Shown: positions 58,005 to 64,000 of the stretch, piece after piece
Layout: each line of letters begins with the position of its first letter
Position numbering within the stretch: the stretch's first letter is position 1
NCBI GenBank assembly: GCA_003279765.1
Contig: QCHC01000001.1
Coordinates: forward strand, 9,519-73,518
DNA: 64,000 nucleotides
Direction: 5' to 3'
Source: Pelagibacteraceae bacterium AG-390-M19
GTDB lineage: Bacteria > Pseudomonadota > Alphaproteobacteria > Pelagibacterales > Pelagibacteraceae
Translations under genes and position numbers: made by a program
Notes under the pieces: generated by a model
Databases searched by the model: none
Told to the model about the DNA's origin: nothing
The model's input: only the letters and a program-made list of their open reading frames with translations

Positions 58005-58768
58005 GATTTAATATTATATCCTTTTTTCAATAGAACTGTAACCACTGTTACACAAGACATCAAAAATACTACCATTGAAATAATACTTACCCAAATATTG
58101 AAATCTGAAACACCATAAAAGGCAAATCTTAAACCATTAATTAAATAAACAACTGGGTTAAAATAAGTAACTGTTTGCCAAAACTCAGGCAACATATCTA
58201 AAGAATATAAACTACCACCTAAAAATACCATTGGCGTAATAACTAATGTTGGAATGATAGACATTTGCTCAAAATTAGAGCTCATTAAACCAATTAAAAA
58301 ACCAAATAGAGCAAATGTAAATGCCACTAACACCAATAAAAATATCATTAACAATGGATACATTACTTGAACCTCGACAAAGAACGTTGATGTTAAAAAT
58401 ATAACCAATCCAACAATAAGAGTTTTAGTAGCACCAGCACCCACAAAAGCTAAAACAATTTCAAAAGTTGAAATTGGTGCAGCTAAAATTTCATAAATAG
58501 TTCCATTAAATTTTGGAAAAAATATCCCAAATGAAGTGTTACTGATTGATTGAGTTAACAACGTTAACATTAATAGACCAGGAACAATAAAAGACCCATA
58601 ACTAATTCCATCAATTTTTTCTACATATCCACCAATTACAGATCCAAAAACAATAAAATATAATGATGTAGACAAAACTGGAGAAAACAATGATTGCATC
58701 AATGTTCTCTTAAATCGATCCATTTCATGCAAGTACATTGCTCTAAATGCGTAATAATTAAACTTCAT
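58001..58768 (-). CDS. ABC-2 permease (YadH-like)
   Basis: [30 protein letters not shown]. Confidence 0.88.
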   Translation of the reverse strand: MKFNYYAFRAMYLHEMDRFKRTLMQSLFSPVLSTSLYFIVFGSVIGGYVEKIDGISYGSFIVPGLLMLTLLTQSISNTSFGIFFPKFNGTIYEILAAPISTFEIVLAFVGAGATKTLIVGLVIFLTSTFFVEVQVMYPLLMIFLLVLVAFTFALFGFLIGLMSSNFEQMSIIPTLVITPMVFLGGSLYSLDMLPEFWQTVTYFNPVVYLINGLRFAFYGVSDFNIWVSIISMVVFLMSCVTVVTVLLKKGYNIKS

Positions 58769-59690
58769 TATTCTCCTTTACTAATGTCACAAATATTTTC
58801 TCTAAAGTAGTTTGTTCAGTTTTTAAATCCTGTAATTTTAAGTTTGCATCTTTTAAATCTTGTAGCAAGTTAGTTATTCCAGTGCTTTTAGCTCTAACAT
58901 TATAAGTGTAATTAATTGATTTTTTATCTTCTCCAATTTCTAGATTATACTTATCTAAGCTATTTGGGATTTCAGTGATTTCTTCTTGAAGATCTACTGT
59001 AAGTTTTTTATGTCCCATTTTTTTTAATAGTTCTTTTGTTTCATCAACAACAATAATTTCTCCTTGATTGATTACCCCTACTCTATCTGCAATTGCCTCT
59101 GCTTCTTCAATATAATGAGTAGTGAGAATAATTGTTACTCCAGTTTTTCTTAAAGTTTCAACTACCTTCCACATGTCTTGACGTAATTCAACATCAACAC
59201 CAGCTGTTGGCTCATCTAAAAATAAGATAGTTGGTTCATGAGACAATGCTTTTGCAATCAATACACGTCTCTTCATTCCTCCAGATAATTGTCTTAATCT
59301 TAAATCTTTTTTATCCCATAAGCTTAGGTCTTTTAAAATTTTTTCTATATGTTTTGGATCTGGTTTTTTTCCATATAAACCTCTTGAATAAGAGACATTG
59401 TTAAAAACTGTTTCAAATTGTTCTAAGGTTAACTCTTGTGGAACTAATCCAATTCTAGATCTTGTTTCTCTGTAATCATCAATGATATCAAAATCATCTA
59501 CAGTAACTTTTCCTGAAGATGGTCTTACGATTCCACAAATTATACTTATAAGTGTAGTTTTACCTGCTCCATTTGGTCCAAGCATTGCAAAAATTTCACC
59601 CTTTTTGATATTTAGGTTTATTTTCTTTAAGGCTTCAAAGCCATTATCGTAAACTTTTGATAGATTATTTATGCTTATTTGATCTGACAT
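58758..59690 (-). CDS. ABC-2 ATP-binding protein (YadG-like)
   Basis: [30 protein letters not shown]. Confidence 0.9.
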   Translation of the reverse strand: MSDQISINNLSKVYDNGFEALKKINLNIKKGEIFAMLGPNGAGKTTLISIICGIVRPSSGKVTVDDFDIIDDYRETRSRIGLVPQELTLEQFETVFNNVSYSRGLYGKKPDPKHIEKILKDLSLWDKKDLRLRQLSGGMKRRVLIAKALSHEPTILFLDEPTAGVDVELRQDMWKVVETLRKTGVTIILTTHYIEEAEAIADRVGVINQGEIIVVDETKELLKKMGHKKLTVDLQEEITEIPNSLDKYNLEIGEDKKSINYTYNVRAKSTGITNLLQDLKDANLKLQDLKTEQTTLEKIFVTLVKENNEV

Positions 59691-59759
59691 GGACTAGGCA
59701 TATATAGAGACAATTTATGGTATTACAATAATTTTAAATTTGTTTACAAACTATGACTA

Positions 59760-60128
59760 ATGAGAAAATTTTTAGTATTTGTTTGTTTTATATTGGCATT
59801 CACCACTAAAGGAATGGCTAAAGAAACAACTTATACTAAAGAGTTATTTGATAAAGCTTTGTCAAATGGAAAAGTTGTGGTGGTTAGTTCATGGATTAAA
59901 TATTGTACGTCTTGTGCAAGCCAAATGAAAGTTCTCGATAAAGCAAAAAATGATTATGATAATATTGAATACTTTACATTTGATGTAACCAATAAAGAAA
60001 TTGCAGAATTTTTTAATATTCAATATCAAACGACCCTTTTAATTTTTAAAGATAATAAAGAAGTTTACAGAAGCATTGGTGAGACAACCAAAGAGCTTAT
60101 TTATGATGCTTTAAACTCTGTGATCTAA
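59760..60128 (+). CDS. Exported thioredoxin-like protein
   Basis: Signal peptide; YCTSC CxxC; QTTLLIFK. Confidence 0.75.
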   Translation: MRKFLVFVCFILAFTTKGMAKETTYTKELFDKALSNGKVVVVSSWIKYCTSCASQMKVLDKAKNDYDNIEYFTFDVTNKEIAEFFNIQYQTTLLIFKDNKEVYRSIGETTKELIYDALNSVI

Positions 60129-60129
60129 A

Positions 60130-61569
60130 TCAATTACTTTTTAATTTCAAAATTATTGCTGGTAAAAAAGTTGCAACAACAAATGATAAAAATAATAAAG
60201 ATTGAGCCACAAAAGGTGAAAATAGATCTTTAGACATCAATCCTCCAACCAATAAACTTTTAGAAAAATCTGGATACGGAAACATTAAAAATCCACCAAT
60301 TAAACCAATTATAACCGAAACATAAGCAGTTTTTTCATTTACCTTATTGTAAAAGCTATAAAAAACTGTGAATACAAATGCACAACAAAATAAATCAGCC
60401 AGCAAAAATAGATACAAAATATCAAATCCTTTTGAAGCAACACCAAATGCAATTAATGATAAAAATACAATAAAGTATTTTGAAATTTTTAAATAATCTG
60501 TTTTTTTATCCAAATTAAAAGTCGCTTTACCATCGACAACAAACAGACTTGATATAGCATTAACCAATGTATCAACTGTTGAAATTGTTAAAGCTAAACC
60601 AAGAATAACGATAATTAAAGATAGCATTTCAGTTTGTTCTTTTAACAATAAAGTAAAAAATCCTAAATCAGCTCTTGCTGATGGATCAATAGAGAATGAC
60701 ACCATTCCGATAAAACCCATTAAAAAAACTATTGGCACAATTACAAAAAAAGAAATGATTAATGCTGATTTTAAAGTGTTATAATTTTTAGCAGCATAAA
60801 CCCTTTGCCAATTTCCCTGGTGAAATAAATTTGTGGCTGCAACTGCAATAAAAAAAGTTAACCCAGCTGTATAACTTGGAATATAAGATGAGCTTAATAG
60901 TTGTGGATTTTTTTCTTTAATGAAAGCAAATGAAAAATTATCACCTGTTGATGAACTGATAATTAAAATAAGAATTAACAAGAGAAATCCAATTACTATC
61001 ATTTGAATATTGTCAGTAAAAATAGAAGCTCTTAGACCACCATAAAGCGTATAAGTTAAAGTAGCTAAAAGTACTATCAATGCGGTAATCCAAAGATCTG
61101 TACCTGATAAATAGTTAATCAAAACTGCAACAGCTGTGACTTCTGCACAAAGAAAAATAAACATGTAAAATATTGTCATCAATAAGATCAGTTTAAATAA
61201 ACTTTTTCCAAATTTTTTTCTCATAAACTCAATTAGTGATGATCCTTTTGGAAACTCTGATCTAATTTTTCTTCCAAAATAAATTAGAAAAATCATTGGA
61301 AAAGCTGTTCCAAGTGCATAACCAATAACAGCACCTATTCCTCCCCATGTAGCAGCAGCAACAGGTCCAAACAAAATCCAAGCCCCTAAAGCAGATGCAA
61401 CAAGACTAGTTGTTAATGAAAATAGTTCAATGTTTCTATTTGCAGTTAAATAATTACTTATTCCATGGAATTTTTTAGAATGATAAACCCCTAATACAGC
61501 AAATATTAAACTGATAATAATTACTAATGTTAATGACGATGATTGACTTAAAAAGTATGTGTTATTCAT
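60130..61569 (-). CDS. thiV: Sodium:solute symporter, ThiV-like thiamine-precursor (HMP) transporter
   Basis: GAWILFGP, YGGLRASIFTD, HQGNWQRVYAA; TPP riboswitch directly upstream. Confidence 0.8.
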   Translation of the reverse strand: MNNTYFLSQSSSLTLVIIISLIFAVLGVYHSKKFHGISNYLTANRNIELFSLTTSLVASALGAWILFGPVAAATWGGIGAVIGYALGTAFPMIFLIYFGRKIRSEFPKGSSLIEFMRKKFGKSLFKLILLMTIFYMFIFLCAEVTAVAVLINYLSGTDLWITALIVLLATLTYTLYGGLRASIFTDNIQMIVIGFLLLILILIISSSTGDNFSFAFIKEKNPQLLSSSYIPSYTAGLTFFIAVAATNLFHQGNWQRVYAAKNYNTLKSALIISFFVIVPIVFLMGFIGMVSFSIDPSARADLGFFTLLLKEQTEMLSLIIVILGLALTISTVDTLVNAISSLFVVDGKATFNLDKKTDYLKISKYFIVFLSLIAFGVASKGFDILYLFLLADLFCCAFVFTVFYSFYNKVNEKTAYVSVIIGLIGGFLMFPYPDFSKSLLVGGLMSKDLFSPFVAQSLLFLSFVVATFLPAIILKLKSN

Positions 61570-61570
61570 T

Positions 61571-61640
61571 TTATCCCTTTCTGAATTACCGGACAGGTTC
61601 TTAGGGTTTGATCTCAGTCTGTGAAGACACCCCTTGATTT
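61571..61640 (-). ncRNA. TPP riboswitch (compact)
   Basis: Minus strand AGGGGUGUCUUCACAGACUGAGAUCAAACCCUAAGAACCUGUCCGGUAAUUCAGAAAGGGA carries GGGG, CUGAGA, ACCC, GAACCUG, UAAU and AGGGA hallmarks. Confidence 0.88.
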
Positions 61641-61706
61641 ATTCTTACTCCATTTTTTATGAAATTAAAAGAATTTAGAAAAATTTTTCTTGGTTACTAA
61701 TTATTC

Positions 61707-61994
61707 CTAACCTTTATGATTCATTATTTCAACCATACACTGTGTTGCGTACTCTCTCCACTCAGAGGAATTCTTATTTTTTAGACTATTTAAATGATCT
61801 CGATTACTTTGAATATCGTCTTTATGTTTTAGATAATCAGCACCATTAAGATTGGCTTCCATAGATGAAAGGTTGGTTTCCATTGCTTTTATCCATTCTT
61901 TTCCAAGCTCAACACATTTTTGATCATCTTTTTCATCACAGATTTGTTTGAAAAAATTAAAAATAACATCATCAGTTTTAACTGAAGTGTTCAT
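61707..61994 (-). CDS. Hypothetical helical protein
   Basis: 95-aa ORF 3 bp after the pentapeptide gene. Confidence 0.7.
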   Translation of the reverse strand: MNTSVKTDDVIFNFFKQICDEKDDQKCVELGKEWIKAMETNLSSMEANLNGADYLKHKDDIQSNRDHLNSLKNKNSSEWREYATQCMVEIMNHKG

Positions 61995-61997
61995 ATC

Positions 61998-62510
61998 TTA
62001 TTGCTCAATACAGGTACCGATTGAGTCTGGACCACACGTCTTACCATTAGTCCATGTAGCTCCAATTAGATTAGCATTTTCAAAGTTTGCATTGGTAATA
62101 TTTGCAGATGTAAAATTTGCTTCCATCAAATTTGCATTTTGAAAATTAGCTTCAATTAGAGTTGCTCCCATGAAATCAACTCTAGTTAAGTTCGCATTAG
62201 TAAAATTTGTTTTTTCAAAATTTCCACCAATACTAATTGTTTCATAAAGATTAGCTCTAACAAATGTAGACTCTGGAAAAGTTCCAAAGGATAAATTAGA
62301 ATTCATCATAATACTTTTATCTAAATTTACTTGTACAAAGCTTGCAAAAGATAAATTTGAGTTTGGTAGATAACTACCTTGAAGATCCTGTCCATCTGAA
62401 AATCTGCATTTTGAATAATCTACACCATCCGTTAATGGATCATCACATGCAGCATTTGAATTTGAAACAAAAAAGAAACTAAAGAATATTAAAAGAAGTA
62501 TTTTTTTCAT
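61998..62510 (-). CDS. Exported pentapeptide-repeat protein
   Basis: Signal peptide; A(N/D)(L/F)xx repeats; terminal WTNGKTC...C. Confidence 0.88.
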   Translation of the reverse strand: MKKILLLIFFSFFFVSNSNAACDDPLTDGVDYSKCRFSDGQDLQGSYLPNSNLSFASFVQVNLDKSIMMNSNLSFGTFPESTFVRANLYETISIGGNFEKTNFTNANLTRVDFMGATLIEANFQNANLMEANFTSANITNANFENANLIGATWTNGKTCGPDSIGTCIEQ

Positions 62511-62615
62511 AATCAAAACTAACAAATAAAATATGTCAAAACAATGAAGGTTTATAACTTTAAAAATAATTTAACATTATAAATTAATGAGTTTTTGAAG
62601 TATAAAAATCAACCT

Positions 62616-63680
62616 ATGAAAGAATATAAAATTGCTTCAATACCAGGAGACGGAATAGGAAAAGAAGTAGTTCCTGAAGGCTTAAAAGTATTAAAAGACG
62701 CTGCAGAAAAGCATCAATTTAAAATAAATTTTACAGAATATGATTTTGCATCCTGTGATTATTATGAAAAACATGGAAAAATGCTTCCAGATGATTGGAA
62801 GGAAAAATTAGGAAAACACGATGCAATATTTTTTGGAGCTGTTGGTATGCCAGATCAAGTTCCAGACCATATATCTTTATGGGGATCCTTACTTCAGTTT
62901 AGAAGAGAATTTGATCAATATATCAATCTTAGACCAGTAAAATTATTTCCAGGTATTAATCCTCCTTTAGCAAATAAAAAACCGGGTGACATAGATATGC
63001 TAATTGTAAGAGAAAATACCGAAGGTGAATATTCTTCAGTTGGCGGAAGAATGTTTAAAAATACTGACAGAGAAATAGCTGTTCAAGAAACTATTATGTC
63101 AGCGCATGGGGTAGATAGAGTTCAAAAATTTGCTTTTGAATTAGCAAAACAAAGAAAAAGGAAAAAATTAACTAACGCTACAAAATCAAATGGAATTTCA
63201 ATTACCATGCCTTTTTGGGATGAACGTTTTAATGCTATGAAAAAAAATTACCCAGATATTGAAACAGATCAATTTCATATAGATATTTTGGTAGCTAGAT
63301 TTGTACTTAATCCTGAATGGTTCGATGTTGTTGTTGCATCCAATTTATTTGGAGATATTCTTTCTGATTTAGGACCTGCTTGTACAGGTACTATTGGAAT
63401 TGCTCCATCTGGAAACATTAATCCTGAAAATAAATTTCCATCTTTATTTGAACCAGTTCATGGTTCAGCACCTGATATTGCAGGAAAAGGTATTGCTAAT
63501 CCTGTAGGACAAATTTGGTCTGGTGCAATGATGTTAGATTATTTAGGAGAAAAAGAAGCTTCTAATTCAATTGTTGAAGCTATTGAAAAATCTTTAAGTG
63601 TAAAAGAAAATAGAACTAAAGACTTAGGTGGAGACGCTGATACCTTGAAATGTTCTAATTCAATATTGGCTAATCTTTAG
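62616..63680 (+). CDS. Tartrate / D-malate dehydrogenase (decarboxylating)
   Basis: IPGDGIGKEV, PDHISLWG, RENTEGEYS, TKSNG, SNLFGDILSDL, FEPVHGSAPDIAG; ATG 62616. Confidence 0.88.
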   Translation: MKEYKIASIPGDGIGKEVVPEGLKVLKDAAEKHQFKINFTEYDFASCDYYEKHGKMLPDDWKEKLGKHDAIFFGAVGMPDQVPDHISLWGSLLQFRREFDQYINLRPVKLFPGINPPLANKKPGDIDMLIVRENTEGEYSSVGGRMFKNTDREIAVQETIMSAHGVDRVQKFAFELAKQRKRKKLTNATKSNGISITMPFWDERFNAMKKNYPDIETDQFHIDILVARFVLNPEWFDVVVASNLFGDILSDLGPACTGTIGIAPSGNINPENKFPSLFEPVHGSAPDIAGKGIANPVGQIWSGAMMLDYLGEKEASNSIVEAIEKSLSVKENRTKDLGGDADTLKCSNSILANL

Positions 63681-64000
63681 ATCTTAACCTTCTTGCCAGT
63701 TTTCGCACTTTTGGTTATTGCAGCAAAAATTTTAAGAGAGATTAATCCATCATTACCATTTACTTTTGGTTTAACTTTTTTAGACACTACATCAGCAAAA
63801 TGATCAATTTGATTAACTAAAGTACTGTCATCTTTTTTATTTTTATCTTCATTAACAAGGATCTTATTCCACCAACTTCTCTCGTTTTTATAGAACCAAT
63901 ATTTTAAATTAGGAAATTGCAATGAACCCTTGGTACCACCAATCATATATGCAGATTGATTGGTTATTGGATAAGCTGGGTTTTCTCCTGCAGTTAACTC
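63677..64000 (-). CDS. Partial (C-terminus) Gfo/Idh/MocA oxidoreductase
   Basis: Frame is open to the window end: ELTAGENPAYP...GTKGSL...QIDHF...DGL. Confidence 0.7.
   Translation of the reverse strand, partial: ELTAGENPAYPITNQSAYMIGGTKGSLQFPNLKYWFYKNERSWWNKILVNEDKNKKDDSTLVNQIDHFADVVSKKVKPKVNGNDGLISLKIFAAITKSAKTGKKVKI

Noticed and set aside
158-62142. Short ORF-track entries overlapping longer genes (e.g. 158-355, 750-962, 3489-3836, 7729-8049, 18753-19049, 24263-24448, 39240-39494, 47362-47661, 56450-56773, 61948-62142)
   Set aside because: Antisense or off-frame shadows of well-supported genes, with no motifs or RBS.
61998-62400. Roughly 15-bp periodic DNA pattern as a repeat array or CRISPR
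   Set aside because: Explained by pentapeptide-repeat coding; no identical repeats, spacers or cas genes.
11997-62615. Longest-ORF starts at 11997, 18643, 32622, 38529, 47737, 47876, 62525 and 62595
   Set aside because: They overlap neighbours or lack an RBS; downstream ATGs give signal peptides or family-typical N-termini.
1-64000. tRNA, rRNA, IS elements, defence systems, clear pseudogenes
   Set aside because: None recognisable by eye; tRNAscan-SE, Infernal and DefenseFinder runs would be needed to exclude them formally.

Overview
AT-rich, gene-dense chromosomal window with very short or overlapping intergenic spacers. Gene content (aprMBA, xsc, a ThiV-like symporter under a TPP riboswitch, tandem amt without glnK, aceA) points to a SAR11/Pelagibacterales alphaproteobacterium; this is an inference. 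No rRNA, tRNA, CRISPR array, integrase or transposase was seen. 1-9 kb: accessory catabolic genes (TRAP dctP/dctQ, HIBADH, ALDH, SDR, HxlR, FKBP-rhodanese fusion, Baeyer-Villiger monooxygenase, PhyH dioxygenase, divergent PanB). 9-26 kb: an organosulfonate/sulfite locus (GMC and SDR dehydrogenases, xsc, suyAB, YeiH and TauE exporters, aprMBA) with no sat in the window and a HIT hydrolase directly upstream of aprM. The rest is mostly housekeeping (pabBAC, metC, mnmA, cysQ, recX, bcp, amt x2, hup, rseP, yajQ, DEAD helicase, SRAP, tesA-ybbAP, ScfR regulator-aceA, GcvT-like, yadGH, thiV, tartrate/D-malate dehydrogenase). Most notable: (1) a possible Sat-independent sulfonate -> sulfite -> APS -> sulfate route using the HIT protein; (2) anti-Shine-Dalgarno tracts in the 3' UTRs of both amt genes and aceA that are exactly complementary to ribosome-binding sites of transporter genes in the window; (3) several small ORFs missed by the ORF track, including a 27-aa K/R-rich peptide with its own promoter and RBS; (4) a minimal malonyl-CoA-decarboxylase-like protein. 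All calls come from reading motifs by eye; no database search was run.
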